Assembly (NCBI GenBank): GCA_965215615.1
Contig: OZ244068.1
Location: 2,558,504-2,622,503 of the forward strand
Length of the DNA: 64,000 nucleotides
Direction: 5' to 3'
DNA from: Vicinamibacteria bacterium
GTDB taxonomy: Bacteria; Acidobacteriota; Vicinamibacteria; Marinacidobacterales; Marinacidobacteraceae
This document shows positions 25,777 through 36,467 of this stretch, one piece after another; position 1 is the stretch's first letter, and each line of letters starts with the position of its first letter. The notes below the pieces were generated by a model that had not been told where the DNA came from, did no database searches, and worked only from the letters and a program-made list of their open reading frames with translations. Both the position numbers and the translations under genes were made by a program.

Positions 25777-26934
25777 ATGGACGAAACCCCCACCATTCTC
25801 GTCGTGGACGACGAGCCGGATCTCGAATTCCTGATCCGTCAGCGCTTCCGCCGGGACATACGCCGGGAGCGTCTGCGGTTCGTGTTCGCACAGGACGGAA
25901 TCCAGGCGCTCGAAGCGCTCGAACAGCACGAGGAAATCCAGCTCATCATGACGGACATCAACATGCCGCGCATGGATGGGCTGACCCTGCTGGACGAACT
26001 GAAAGGCCGGCCGCGGGTGCGTGCGGTCGTGGTTTCCGCCTACGGCGACATGAGGAACATCCGCACGGCGATGAACCGGGGGGCGTTCGATTTCATCACC
26101 AAGCCGATCGACTTCCAGGATCTCGAACTCACGCTGGAAAAAAGCCTCCGGCACGTTGCGATGCTCAGCGAGGCGGTGGCCCACCGCAAACGGCTCTCGG
26201 CGATCCACGAGGAGCTGCGGGTCGCGCGCAAGATGCAACTGTCCATCCTTCCGCAGAACTTCCCGAAGACCGATACCTGCCTCACCCACGCGGTCATGAC
26301 TCCGGCCCAGGACGTGGGCGGGGATTTCTACGATGTCTTCCCGCTTCCCGAAGACCGGATCGGTGTCGTGATCGCCGATGTCTCCGGAAAGGGAGTCCCG
26401 GCGGCGCTCTTCATGATGGTGAGCCGGACCCTCCTGAAGGGGCACGCCATCGGAGGCCTCGATCCGGCGCGGGTACTCGAACAGGTGAACAACGGACTCA
26501 GCGAAGACAACGAATCCCAGATGTTCGTCACCCTGCTCTACGGAGTGGTGGACGCGGACGGCCTGTTCACCTTTGCGAACGCCGGCCACTGTCCGCCTTT
26601 CCTCATGCATCAGGGAAAGGATCCCCGTCCGCTGCCCCTGACCTCCGGCGTGGCCCTCGGTGTCGTACCCGGCCTGTCCTACTCGCTCGACACGGTGCAG
26701 CTCGAACCGGGAGACCGGCTGTTCCTGTACACGGACGGAGTGCCGGAAGCCGAGCGTCCCGATAACTCCCTGTTCGAGGAAGACCGGCTGCGCGAGGCTC
26801 TGGCCGGAGTCGGCGATGCGAGCCCCGAGGGGGTCAACAGCGCTGTCGTCGAGGCCGTCCGGGAGTTCACCGGTGGCGAACATCAGTCGGACGACATCAC
26901 CTGCCTGACGCTTGCTTACCGGGGCGACCGGTGA
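25777..26934 (+). CDS. Response regulator (REC) fused to PP2C/SpoIIE-type Ser/Thr phosphatase
   Basis: N-terminal ILVVDDEPD…LIMTDINMPRMDG (REC) is followed by a PP2C-like region with metal-binding Asp-rich motifs (…VIADVSGKG…FLYTDG…). Confidence 0.8.
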   Translation: MDETPTILVVDDEPDLEFLIRQRFRRDIRRERLRFVFAQDGIQALEALEQHEEIQLIMTDINMPRMDGLTLLDELKGRPRVRAVVVSAYGDMRNIRTAMNRGAFDFITKPIDFQDLELTLEKSLRHVAMLSEAVAHRKRLSAIHEELRVARKMQLSILPQNFPKTDTCLTHAVMTPAQDVGGDFYDVFPLPEDRIGVVIADVSGKGVPAALFMMVSRTLLKGHAIGGLDPARVLEQVNNGLSEDNESQMFVTLLYGVVDADGLFTFANAGHCPPFLMHQGKDPRPLPLTSGVALGVVPGLSYSLDTVQLEPGDRLFLYTDGVPEAERPDNSLFEEDRLREALAGVGDASPEGVNSAVVEAVREFTGGEHQSDDITCLTLAYRGDR

Positions 26935-28097
26935 TCCGAAAGGCGGCCGGACTCCTCCTGTTCGCCGGCTTCCTGCCAGGGAGCGTCGCGGGACAGGAGC
27001 CGGGCGCGCGCGGGGTGAACGCCGAACGAATCCTCTTCGGCCAGTCGGCGGCGCTCAGCGGGCCGGCTTCGGCGCTTGGACAAGGGATGCGACTCGGCAT
27101 CCGCGCTGCTTTCGAAGAAGTGAACCGGAGCGGCGGAATCGCCGGGAGACGGCTGGAGCTCGTCTCGCTGGACGACGGCTACCAGCCGGAACGTGCGCTC
27201 GAAAACACCCGGCAGCTCATCCAGGAAGAAGAGGTCTTCGCGCTGATCGGGCCGGTGGGGACGCCGACCTCGCTCGCTGCCGAGCCGGCGGCGGCCGAAG
27301 CCGGTATCCCGTACATCGCGCCGTTCACCGGTGCCGAGTTCCTCCGCGACTCCGATCTCGCGAGGACCACGGTGAACGTCCGCGCCTCCTACTACCAGGA
27401 GACCGGCGAGGCGGTGGATCGGCTCATCGGCGATCTGGGCTACTCCCGTTTTGCGGTCCTCTACCAGAACGATTCGTTCGGGCGCGCCGGCCTGACCGGT
27501 GTCGAGCGGGCGCTGACCCGCAACGGGCTCGCCCTCGTCGCGAAGGCATCCTTTCCGCGAAACTCGACCTCGGTCAAGACGGCGCTCGTGACGCTTCGCC
27601 GCGCCCGGCCGGAGGCGGTCATCATGATCGGTGCCTACGACCCGGTGGGGGCGTTCGTCCAGTGGTCGCGGCGCATCGGGTTCGAGCCGACTTTCCTGAC
27701 GATTTCCTTCGTGGGCAGCGCGGCGCTCGCCGACCGGCTGGGGCCGGATGGACGGGGCATCCTCATCACCCAGGTGGTTCCCCTGCCTTCCGACACCGAG
27801 TTCTCGCTGACCCGTCAGTACAAGAGCGCTCTCGAGCGGGTGGATTCGGACGAAGCCGGAGATCTGGTCTCTCTCGAGGGCTACCTCGCGGGACGGCTGG
27901 TGGCGGAAGTGCTCGAAGCGTGCGGCGAAGACCTGACTCCATCCCGCTTTCTCGCCGAAGTGGTCTCGGTGAGCCGCTTCAATCTGGGGGGGTTCACCCT
28001 CCGGTACGGGACGGAAGACAACCAGGGCTCCGATCGGGTCTTTCTCACCCGGATCGAAGCCAACGGGACGCTGGCCGCCCTGAGCCGGCTCCGGTGA
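26931..28097 (+). CDS. Periplasmic binding protein (type 1, branched-chain amino-acid-binding-like) with signal peptide
   Basis: 388 aa with LivJ/PBP1-like architecture. It is translationally coupled (ATGA) to the upstream regulator and lies just upstream of the histidine kinase. Confidence 0.7.
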   Translation: MIRKAAGLLLFAGFLPGSVAGQEPGARGVNAERILFGQSAALSGPASALGQGMRLGIRAAFEEVNRSGGIAGRRLELVSLDDGYQPERALENTRQLIQEEEVFALIGPVGTPTSLAAEPAAAEAGIPYIAPFTGAEFLRDSDLARTTVNVRASYYQETGEAVDRLIGDLGYSRFAVLYQNDSFGRAGLTGVERALTRNGLALVAKASFPRNSTSVKTALVTLRRARPEAVIMIGAYDPVGAFVQWSRRIGFEPTFLTISFVGSAALADRLGPDGRGILITQVVPLPSDTEFSLTRQYKSALERVDSDEAGDLVSLEGYLAGRLVAEVLEACGEDLTPSRFLAEVVSVSRFNLGGFTLRYGTEDNQGSDRVFLTRIEANGTLAALSRLR

Positions 28098-28116
28098 AGC
28101 ACCGACAAGGAACCCG

Positions 28117-30468
28117 ATGACCCGCGACCTGGCTCCCGACGAGCCTGAGGAGATGAAGGAAGAGAAAGCGAAAACCGCGGACAACCCCGAAGAGGAGGAT
28201 TTCGAGGAAGAAGAGGAAGGTTTCGGGGACGAGGACGACTTCGAGGACGAGGTACACGAAGAAGACGACGACGAACACCGGCTCCCGATCCGGCGGCGGG
28301 TCGGGTTCCAGATTTCGCTTGGGTTCGGCTCCGCGGTCGCCATGACCGTGGCGGCAAGCGCGGTTGCCTGGTTCGGATTCTTCCGGGTCGGCTCGCTTCA
28401 GCGGGAAATCAACGAGGAGTACGTGCCTGCCCTGACCACTGCGGTGCACGTGGCGCAGGAAGTCACGACGCTCGCCGGGGCCGCGCCGCGTCTCGTGGTG
28501 GAAGCGCAGGCCGCGAACATCGCCGGACAAGTCGAAACCATGAACCCGTCGGATGCCCCGGTGGAACTCGATCTCATGGAGTCGGCGGCCCGGATGATCG
28601 AAATCTCGAGCCAGCTTCCCCAGAACGAGCGCAGCGCCGGCCTCTTCTCCTTCGTCGAAGATCTCGCCGACAACCTGCGCAACATCCAGTTCTCGGTCAA
28701 CGAGAGCATCGCTCTCCAGGAATCGCTTCGTGAAATCCAGGAGCAGAACGCGCTTCTGGCGCGCCAGTGGAATGAAGAAGTCCGCCCGCCACTCGACGAC
28801 CAGATCTTCTACATGGCCACCGGCCTTCGGAATCTCGACGACTCTCCGGCACCCCTCTTCCAGCGCGGAGCGGAGGCCGAACTCGTCCGACTGCAGGCAC
28901 TGAGCACGCTGGAGTCCCGCGGCAATGTCGCGCTCGGGCTGATCAGCGACGCAGTCGTCCAGCCCGACCCCCAACTGATCTCCACGGTCGAAGAGCGGTT
29001 CTGGGCCGCGACGACCGAAGCGGGGAGCGCTTTCGACGTGATCGGGGATACCGATGACCTCGACCGGCTGCGCTCGATCCACCAGGCTGTCCTCGATCTC
29101 GGCGAAGGAGAGAACGGTGTTTTCGAAATTCGCCGCCGCTACCTCGCCGAACTCCGCTCCCAGCAGGCCTATCTGCTGCGGAACCAGGAGGTCACCGAAT
29201 CGCTGGAGGGTGTCGTCGCGGCGCTCACCACCGGGCTCGAGAACGATGCCCTGGTCGCGACCGAAGCCTCGGAGGCGGCGCTCGATCTGGGCCGGACCCT
29301 CCTGCTCGCGTTGAACGTTCTGGTGATCACGAGCTCGGCGCTCATCCTCTGGCTGTTCATCGGAAGGTTCTTGGTGCGAAGGCTGAACAACCTGTCACGG
29401 GTCATGCGGCGCATGGCCGGGGGAGATCTCGAAACGAAGGTCCGGGTCCGGGGGCAGGACGAGATCGGGAAGATGGCGGAGGCGCTCGAAGTGTTCCGCC
29501 AGAACGCGCTGGAGGTGCAGCGGCTCAACCTGGTCGAAGAGCTGCTCGCCCGGGAGGAAAAACAGAAGCACGAGCTCGAGAAGACGCTCGGCGACCTCGA
29601 AAAGGCGCAGGACCAGATGGTCATGCAGGAGAAGCTGGCTTCGCTCGGCCAGCTCACCGCCGGCATCGCTCACGAGATCAAGAACCCGCTCAACTTCGTC
29701 AACAACTTCGCGGAGCTGTCCGGCGGGCTGCTCGAAGACCTCAACGAAGAACTGGACACGGTCAGGGAGCTGGTTCCGGAAGAAACGCGGGAAGAGATCG
29801 CCTCCATCCGTGAGGATCTGTCGAGCAACCTGGAGCGGATCAACCATCACGGCAAGCGTGCCAGCTCGATCGTGTACGGGATGCTCGAACACTCCCGGAA
29901 GGAAGCGGGCGCGATGCGGCCCACCGACATCAACGCCATGCTGGAGGAATACGTGGCCCTCGCTTTCCATTCGATGCGCGCCGTGGACACCCGGTTCCAG
30001 ATGACCATCGACAAGGAACTCGCGGAGGACGTGGGCGAAGTCGAGGCAGTGCCGCAGGATCTGAGCCGGGTGTTCCTGAACATCGTCACGAACGCCTGCC
30101 AGGCCACTTTCGAGCGGCAACTCGCGCCGGGTGCCCCGCCGAGCTACCAGCCGCTCCTGCGTGTCAGCAGCCGGCGCGAAAACGGGAACGTGGAAGTGCG
30201 GATACGGGACAACGGCCCGGGCATCCCCGAAGACGCTCTCGCAAAGGTTTTCGAGCCGTTCTTCACCACCAAGGACACCGACAAGGGCACCGGCCTCGGC
30301 CTGTCGCTTTCCCACGACATCATCCGCAGCCACGGCGGGACCCTGACGGTGAACTCCACCGTCGGAGAAGGTGCCGAGTTCGTCGTGACGCTACCGACCC
30401 ACTCCCGACTGGCCGCGACCAAGGACGAATCCGGAGAAGCGGGGGAGCAGCCGGCGGCGGAGGGCTGA
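28117..30468 (+). CDS. Sensor histidine kinase (large periplasmic/sensor region, HAMP, HisKA, HATPase_c)
   Basis: Carries an H-box (…AGIAHEIKNPLNFV…) and N/G1/G2 boxes (…NIVTNACQA…DNGPGIP…GTGLGLSLS…). A TM segment is followed by a HAMP-like RFLVRRLNNLSRVMRRMAGGDLE. Confidence 0.85.
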   Translation: MTRDLAPDEPEEMKEEKAKTADNPEEEDFEEEEEGFGDEDDFEDEVHEEDDDEHRLPIRRRVGFQISLGFGSAVAMTVAASAVAWFGFFRVGSLQREINEEYVPALTTAVHVAQEVTTLAGAAPRLVVEAQAANIAGQVETMNPSDAPVELDLMESAARMIEISSQLPQNERSAGLFSFVEDLADNLRNIQFSVNESIALQESLREIQEQNALLARQWNEEVRPPLDDQIFYMATGLRNLDDSPAPLFQRGAEAELVRLQALSTLESRGNVALGLISDAVVQPDPQLISTVEERFWAATTEAGSAFDVIGDTDDLDRLRSIHQAVLDLGEGENGVFEIRRRYLAELRSQQAYLLRNQEVTESLEGVVAALTTGLENDALVATEASEAALDLGRTLLLALNVLVITSSALILWLFIGRFLVRRLNNLSRVMRRMAGGDLETKVRVRGQDEIGKMAEALEVFRQNALEVQRLNLVEELLAREEKQKHELEKTLGDLEKAQDQMVMQEKLASLGQLTAGIAHEIKNPLNFVNNFAELSGGLLEDLNEELDTVRELVPEETREEIASIREDLSSNLERINHHGKRASSIVYGMLEHSRKEAGAMRPTDINAMLEEYVALAFHSMRAVDTRFQMTIDKELAEDVGEVEAVPQDLSRVFLNIVTNACQATFERQLAPGAPPSYQPLLRVSSRRENGNVEVRIRDNGPGIPEDALAKVFEPFFTTKDTDKGTGLGLSLSHDIIRSHGGTLTVNSTVGEGAEFVVTLPTHSRLAATKDESGEAGEQPAAEG

Positions 30469-30475
30469 TTCGCCG

Positions 30476-30800
30476 TCAGAAGGCCGCCGTCGGCCGCGAC
30501 CAAATCCCGGCGCCGAGCACCTGAAATCCTTCGCGTTCTGCCGCAAGAGACAGGTTCCGATCCAGAGAAACGAACACGAGGTGGCCTCCGATCTGATTCT
30601 GGATAGCGAGACAGCAGCGCGCAACGGATGCCTGGCAAGCAGCAACTCCGCCCGCAGGCGCACACCCGGGACATCGCCAACTTCGTCCCATGCGCTGGCC
30701 AGCGAGTCGAGCCGCTGCAGCATCGTGCGCCGATCTTCGCGAGTGAGGGTTCCTTCTCGCGAGCGGCGCTCAACAGCGCTCGTGATCTCTACCCGTGTCC
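30476..30800 (-). pseudogene. VapC-like PIN-domain toxin, degraded by two frameshifts
   Basis: PIN-like segments occur in three different frames: …RDSSALVAL… (N-terminal motif), …LDSLASAWDEVGDVPGV… (middle) and …CLAIQNQIGGHLVFVSLDRNLSL… (C-terminal). No single ORF longer than 110 aa remains. Confidence 0.45.
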
Positions 30801-30844
30801 AGATCCAGGTGACAACGCGACGAGCGCCGACGAATCCCGGTACC

Positions 30845-31117
30845 TCACACGCGGTCCTTGCGATCTTCGGTGATGGCTTGCGACAGGTTCGCCCCAGGAA
30901 TATCCAGAGGAGGCAGGCTGAGGAATTCCGCCATGCTCCCTTTCCCTCGCTTCAGAAGCCCTTCCGCGATCAGCCGCCGCCGCACGTCATCCCGATTGGG
31001 GGCCGGTGGCACAAGCCGCGCCACCGGAGCGCCCCGGTGAAGCACCTGGATCTCGTCGCCGCACTGCACCCGGCGCACATATCGTGAGAGGTTCGCCTTC
31101 CATTCGGAGATGGACAT
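30845..31117 (-). CDS. Phd/YefM-family type II antitoxin (apparently intact)
   Basis: MSISEWKANLSRYVRRVQCGDEIQVLHRGAPVARLVP matches the Phd/YefM N-terminal domain. Confidence 0.55.
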   Translation of the reverse strand: MSISEWKANLSRYVRRVQCGDEIQVLHRGAPVARLVPPAPNRDDVRRRLIAEGLLKRGKGSMAEFLSLPPLDIPGANLSQAITEDRKDRV

Positions 31118-31174
31118 GGTGACCTACCAAGTCAAAACAGGTTCTGAAGCGCTCTCCCGGAGCGGGGCTTCGAC

Positions 31175-32839
31175 TCAGAAGGTCGGGCTCGTGAGAACCA
31201 CATCGGCCCGCGCCCAGGCGCGCAGAAAGCGGCGCTCGACCCGCTCCGCTTCGTCTATGCGACCCTGTTCCCGGAGCGACTGCAGCAGGCCGTAGAGCGA
31301 CCAGCCGTTCTCCGGCCAGCGGGCGAGATCCTCGCGGAACGCCACTTCGGCGTGATCCGGGTGGCCCGCCTCGAGAAACGCCGCACCGAGCGCCTGCCGC
31401 ATCGGCATGTACCAGGGCGGAGGCTCGGAGTAGGCGAGGTTGTCCTGGATGTGGATGGCTTCCTCGATCAGCGGGATCGCGCCCTCCGGATCTCCGGACC
31501 GCCGGGCGATATCGGCCTCCAGCGCGACCGCCGCGAGCCGCAGCATGTCCGCGGCGGAAACCCGGCCCATCCCCGGCAGATTTTCGTCGGCGGCGATCGC
31601 CGCCACCGACTTGCGGTGCTCTTCGGCAGCCTCCGGATTCCCGGTGGCCGAATGCGCGAGCCCCCTCGCGTAGTGCCAGATGGCGGTCTCGAAGAGGTAT
31701 TCGGCACGTGGGGCCGGCTCGTTCAGGATGTTGTCCCAGTTGCCGAAACGGGCCTCCGCGAACAGCGGGATGGAAAGGAAGAACTGGGGACGCGAGGAAC
31801 TCTCGATCCGGTTCGGGTTCGACTGGACGCGCACCTTGTCGCGGAGCTTGTAGGCCTGTTGCAGGGCGACGGCGCTCCGTCCCTCGAACTGGGCGGCCGA
31901 CCACGCGAAGTGGACGTTGTGCTGATACGAGCCGACCGGATACCGACCTTCCTGGTCCGGCATCCCGATGTAGAGCTCATCCACAGCCGCGGCATCGAGG
32001 TTGAAATCCGCCGCCTCGTCGTAGTTCCCGGTCTGGATCAGGATGTGCGAACCCATGTGGACGAGATGGGCCGCGCCCGGCATGGTCCCGGGAAGGCGGC
32101 GGGCGTACGAAACCGCCCGGCCCACGTCGTCGGATGCCTCCACCGCGTGGATGTAGTAGTGGATCGCGCCCGGATGGGTGGGGTCCATGTCGAGAGCGCG
32201 CTCGAGCTGGCCGACCAGCCAGTCGGTCCCGTCGGTAAGCGGCTTCCCTTCGTCATCCCAGTAGTCCCAGCGCGTCGTGTTCATGAACGCGGCGGCGGCC
32301 AGCACCTGGATGTCCAGGTCGTCCGGCCAGGCTTCGGCCAGAGCGCGGGCTTTCTCGTAGTACGCCTTGTCGAGCGGGTCGCGCTCCGAAGCAGGATCCT
32401 CGGCGTAGCGCGCGGCGAGCGTCTCGATCATCGCCTGCTCTTTCGGGGTGGCGGAACCGGCCAGTTCCTGCGCCCGGTCGATCGCCTCCCAGGCGGTCCG
32501 GAGCTGATCCTCCGGCGGCGAACCCTGGTTCAGGTAGGGACCGTAGGCGAGCGCCCGGCCCCAGTGGACCATCGGCACGTCCGGATCGAGACGGGCCGCC
32601 TCGTCGAAGGAGCGACGGGCTTCCGCCATCCAGAACGCGTACACGAGCCGGAGCCCCTGATCGAAGTACTTTTGCCCCATCTCCGAAATCCCGCTCACCG
32701 GGTACTCCACTTCTCCGAGCCGCTCGTGGAGCGGGACCATGAGATCGGTCGCGGTCTCCTCCTCGGCGAAGGCATGAGCGCCGAACGAGGCCGCGAGAGC
32801 GAGGGCGATGAGCGATTTATGGAACGATTTGCGAAACAT
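31175..32839 (-). CDS. Secreted hypothetical protein with TPR-like repeats
   Basis: Signal peptide MFRKSFHKSLIALALAASFGAHA. Helical repeat-rich, with no catalytic motif recognised. Confidence 0.45.
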   Translation of the reverse strand: MFRKSFHKSLIALALAASFGAHAFAEEETATDLMVPLHERLGEVEYPVSGISEMGQKYFDQGLRLVYAFWMAEARRSFDEAARLDPDVPMVHWGRALAYGPYLNQGSPPEDQLRTAWEAIDRAQELAGSATPKEQAMIETLAARYAEDPASERDPLDKAYYEKARALAEAWPDDLDIQVLAAAAFMNTTRWDYWDDEGKPLTDGTDWLVGQLERALDMDPTHPGAIHYYIHAVEASDDVGRAVSYARRLPGTMPGAAHLVHMGSHILIQTGNYDEAADFNLDAAAVDELYIGMPDQEGRYPVGSYQHNVHFAWSAAQFEGRSAVALQQAYKLRDKVRVQSNPNRIESSSRPQFFLSIPLFAEARFGNWDNILNEPAPRAEYLFETAIWHYARGLAHSATGNPEAAEEHRKSVAAIAADENLPGMGRVSAADMLRLAAVALEADIARRSGDPEGAIPLIEEAIHIQDNLAYSEPPPWYMPMRQALGAAFLEAGHPDHAEVAFREDLARWPENGWSLYGLLQSLREQGRIDEAERVERRFLRAWARADVVLTSPTF

Positions 32840-32860
32840 GATTCCCTCCCTTTGACCCGG

Positions 32861-33811
32861 TCAGTTGCCGGGGCGGAGCTGCTCGAGGAGCTCCATGACA
32901 GTGCCCGCCTGCGCGTTCTCCGGATCCAGCTCCAGGAACCGCTCGAACGCGGCAACCGCAGCTTCGTTGTCCTCGAGCCGGGCGTTCAGCATTCCGAGCT
33001 GGAAGTACGCGGCGGCAAAATCGGGGTCCACCTCGGTGGCCTTCAAGAAGAACTGCTCGGCGGATTCGTCGTTTTCCGAGTTGCTCGCGAAGACGGCGTA
33101 GTTGAAAAGGGTGACCGCATCGTTCTCGATGAGGTCCATCACCTGGTCGTAGGTGGCCATCGCCTGCTCCCACTCCTGCATGTTCCCGTACATGGCGGCT
33201 ACCGAAAGGAGCCCTTCGCGCATCGAGGGGTCGAGTTCCGCCGCTTTCTGGTAGGCATCGATGGCTTCGAGGGAATTCCCGCCCTGCTGGTAGGCGGAAG
33301 CGAGGTTGAACCAGGCGGGGCCGGAATCGGGAACCAGCTCGAGAAACGCCCGGAATCCTTCCGCGGCGCGGTCGTAGTCCTGTTCGCCAAAGGCGGCCTG
33401 CGCTTCCTGGAGGTGGAAGTCGGCCTCCGCCGCCTGTTGCTGGCTGAGCACCCCTTCCGGCAACGGGGTCATGGTCTGGTTGATGAGCGCCGGCGCGCCC
33501 CCCACGGTGACGAACACCTGGAGCGGTTCGTAGCCTTCGAGCTCGAAGCTGACCCGGTAGTTGCCGAGCCGCACTCCGGCACGCGTGAAGCGCCCGTCCT
33601 GGTTCGTGGTGGCGCTCGTGCGACCGCCTCCGCCGTCGGCCATTTCGAGAGTCACCTCGACACCTTCGAGCGGCTGCCCTTCCGGGTCGGTGATCTGGCC
33701 GCGCACGGCACTGCGCTGGGCGAGAGCCGGAGCGGCGAGCAGGAGGGCGAGCGTCAGGAGGGGAAAAACCCGCCGCGAACGTTTCAGGCAATGGTGAGAC
33801 ACGACAAGCAA
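32861..33811 (-). CDS. Secreted protein with carboxypeptidase-regulatory-like (Ig/transthyretin-like) domain followed by TPR repeats
   Basis: Signal peptide, then …VRGQITDPEGQPLEGVEVTL…TNQDGRF… (CarboxypepD_reg-like), then several TPR-like AxxAxxxY/F repeats. Confidence 0.5.
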   Translation of the reverse strand: MLVVSHHCLKRSRRVFPLLTLALLLAAPALAQRSAVRGQITDPEGQPLEGVEVTLEMADGGGGRTSATTNQDGRFTRAGVRLGNYRVSFELEGYEPLQVFVTVGGAPALINQTMTPLPEGVLSQQQAAEADFHLQEAQAAFGEQDYDRAAEGFRAFLELVPDSGPAWFNLASAYQQGGNSLEAIDAYQKAAELDPSMREGLLSVAAMYGNMQEWEQAMATYDQVMDLIENDAVTLFNYAVFASNSENDESAEQFFLKATEVDPDFAAAYFQLGMLNARLEDNEAAVAAFERFLELDPENAQAGTVMELLEQLRPGN

Positions 33812-33973
33812 TCCTCCGGTGCTCTCGACGGAATCCGAACCGCGGATTCTACCGCCTCGCCGCCGATTTCCGGTATCGTCCGCAGCGTGGCCTGCACGCT
33901 TGACACCGCGGTAGCAGCGGAGCGGATCGTCGCCGCCCTGTAAGCGCGGGCGCTACGGCTCCTCGCGCCTCCT

Positions 33974-34546
33974 TCAGCTTCCCTCCGCCAGGTCCTCGCC
34001 AAGTGCCGCCCGCTGGTCGGGCGTGAGCCCCGCTTCCTGCTCCAGTCCGGGCAGATCGCAGCCGACCGCCGCCGGAACCGCGCCTCCGGTGTCGAAGCGG
34101 AGGTACTGCACCGAGGAGACGCGGTCTTCCCCGACCTGGCGCGGGTCGTATTCAGCGGGGCGACGACTCCCGTCGGGGAGCCGGACGTAGAGCCTCCCGA
34201 CGATCCCCTTCCACTCGCGGAGCAGCCGGTCCCGCGCCGCCACATCGGCGATCTCGATGAGCAGGGTGGCACCGAGCCCGCCGGCGCGGCCGAGAAGCTC
34301 GTTGTAGGTCGCGAGTTCGTGCTGGATGTCCGCTTCCCGTACGATCCGTTCGGCGCGCACCATTTCGAGCACCTGGTAGCGAATCGTCTCGTGATTCTCG
34401 AAGAGGAAGGTGAGGTGCTCCCCGAGGTGCACCCGCCGGCGGTTCTTCGCGGCCATCGCCGAGGCGCGGATGCGGTCCCGCTGGTCGGCGTAGGTCTCGA
34501 AATCGAGAATCTCGTCCCGGCGCACCGGGAAACGGGCTTCGGTCAT
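33974..34546 (-). CDS. DUF3501-family protein (partner of CCG-domain Fe-S oxidoreductase)
   Basis: 190 aa starting [16 protein letters not shown]. Start overlaps the upstream stop (ATGA). The long ORF-track frame 33974..35665 is rejected. Confidence 0.5.
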   Translation of the reverse strand: MTEARFPVRRDEILDFETYADQRDRIRASAMAAKNRRRVHLGEHLTFLFENHETIRYQVLEMVRAERIVREADIQHELATYNELLGRAGGLGATLLIEIADVAARDRLLREWKGIVGRLYVRLPDGSRRPAEYDPRQVGEDRVSSVQYLRFDTGGAVPAAVGCDLPGLEQEAGLTPDQRAALGEDLAEGS

Positions 34547-35940
34547 TCGGATTCCGGGCTCGCGGGTGGGTCCAGCTTCGTCGGGAACCCATCCTCGCGG
34601 TAGGCCCGCGCCAGCAGGGTCATCGGGTGCATCGGGCGCTTGCCGGCGTGCTGCTCGAACTGGATGGCGGCGAGCGGACAGTCGGTGGCCCAGTAGTCCG
34701 CCTCCGCTTCCTGCATCGAGTCGAAAGCCTTCTGTCCGGCCCGCCGCGAGGCTTCGAAGCCCTCGACCTTCATCGCCCAGGTGCCGTCGTGGCCCGAACA
34801 CTCCATGGTGGCGACCGGGGTGACTCCGGGGATCTTGCGGATCAGGTCCCGCGCCCGGAACCCCGACCCCTGCGCCCGCAGGTGGCAGGGAGCGTGGTAG
34901 GCGACCCGCCCGCCGGGAGTGGATCGGAAGCCGGTATCGAAGCGAGGCTCGCGGCGGAGGCTCCACAGGTGCTCCGAGGGATCGCGGACCGCGTCCGCGA
35001 GGCGGGCTGCGCGCTCCCGATCCGGGCGATCCACGAGCGTCGGATATTCCTTGCGCATCAGCATCGAGCAGGTGGGGTTCACCGCCAGCACCCGGGCACC
35101 GGCCTCCACATAGGGAGTGAGGAGATCGAGATTCTGGCGCGCCGATGCCCGAACCCGGTCGAGATCGCCCGCCTCCCACCCCGGCATGCCGCAGCACGAA
35201 AGGCCGGGGACGCAGTCCACCGAAACCTGGTTCCGGTCCAACACTTCGAGGGTGTCCAGGCCGATCTCCGGCTCGTTGTTCTGCACGTAGCAAGTGGGGA
35301 AAAGCACCGCTTCCTGTTCTCCGGGAGGCCTCGGGGCGGGGCGACTCCGGGCAGCCCAGTCGTCGAAACACTCCCGCGCGAACGGAGGCATCTGCTTTTC
35401 GCGGTGGATCCCCGCCAGCTTTTCCATGCAGTAGCGGGCCGGGGGAGTGTTCTGGAGAACGGTCAGGGCCACCGGAAGCCGCCGCTGCATCTTCCCGGCG
35501 CGATCCGGGTCGGTCAGCAGCGCGTCCCGAAGGCCGTCCCGCCCTCGCGGCGGTGACTCGCGGCGGCGGATAGCGGCGTGGCGATGGACCAGCTTCGGAA
35601 AATCGAGCTGGAACTCGTGACCCTTCCCCGGCGTGTACGGGCAGGTGAACTCGCACTGCTTGCACTGGAAGCAGCCCGCCATGACCTGGTTCTGCTCGCC
35701 TTCGGACAGGTCACGGGCCTCGCCCTCCCGGTTCTCGTCGATGATCTGGAAGAGGTCGCGGAACGAGTCGCAGTACTTGAAGCACATCCGACACCCGTGG
35801 CAGATGTCGAAGGCCCGGTCCATCTCCCGGCGCAGGCTCCCGGGGTCGAAATAGACCGGATCGAGCGGGTCGTAACTCAGATCCGGGCCGGGCAACACCG
35901 AGGGCGGCGCACCTTTTCGGGGGCCGCCGGAGACACCCAC
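34543..35940 (-). CDS. (Fe-S)-binding oxidoreductase with two 4Fe-4S motifs and CCG domains (GlpC/HdrD/LutA-like)
   Basis: CxxCxxC-type motifs ([11 protein letters not shown]; [12 protein letters not shown]) and CCG-like motifs (CCGMPGW; [10 protein letters not shown]). The start is uncertain; a GTG at 35940 is chosen to avoid overlap with the rubrerythrin gene. Confidence 0.65.
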   Translation of the reverse strand: MGVSGGPRKGAPPSVLPGPDLSYDPLDPVYFDPGSLRREMDRAFDICHGCRMCFKYCDSFRDLFQIIDENREGEARDLSEGEQNQVMAGCFQCKQCEFTCPYTPGKGHEFQLDFPKLVHRHAAIRRRESPPRGRDGLRDALLTDPDRAGKMQRRLPVALTVLQNTPPARYCMEKLAGIHREKQMPPFARECFDDWAARSRPAPRPPGEQEAVLFPTCYVQNNEPEIGLDTLEVLDRNQVSVDCVPGLSCCGMPGWEAGDLDRVRASARQNLDLLTPYVEAGARVLAVNPTCSMLMRKEYPTLVDRPDRERAARLADAVRDPSEHLWSLRREPRFDTGFRSTPGGRVAYHAPCHLRAQGSGFRARDLIRKIPGVTPVATMECSGHDGTWAMKVEGFEASRRAGQKAFDSMQEAEADYWATDCPLAAIQFEQHAGKRPMHPMTLLARAYREDGFPTKLDPPASPESE

Positions 35941-35944
35941 CGAA

Positions 35945-36364
<420 letters not shown>

Positions 36365-36467
36365 GTGTCTCCCTCGTGTTTGCGGGACGCGCAGCGCCCC
36401 GAAAATCGCAGCCCGACGCGTCGGACGCCGGAACGAACCGCAGTATAGGCGACCGGATTCCGCGATA

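Noticed and set aside
33974-35665. 563-aa ORF fusing the DUF3501 gene with an out-of-frame read-through of the Fe-S gene
   Set aside because: Only the last 190 aa (from MTEARFPV…) look like protein. The upstream part is the wrong frame of the CCG Fe-S gene.
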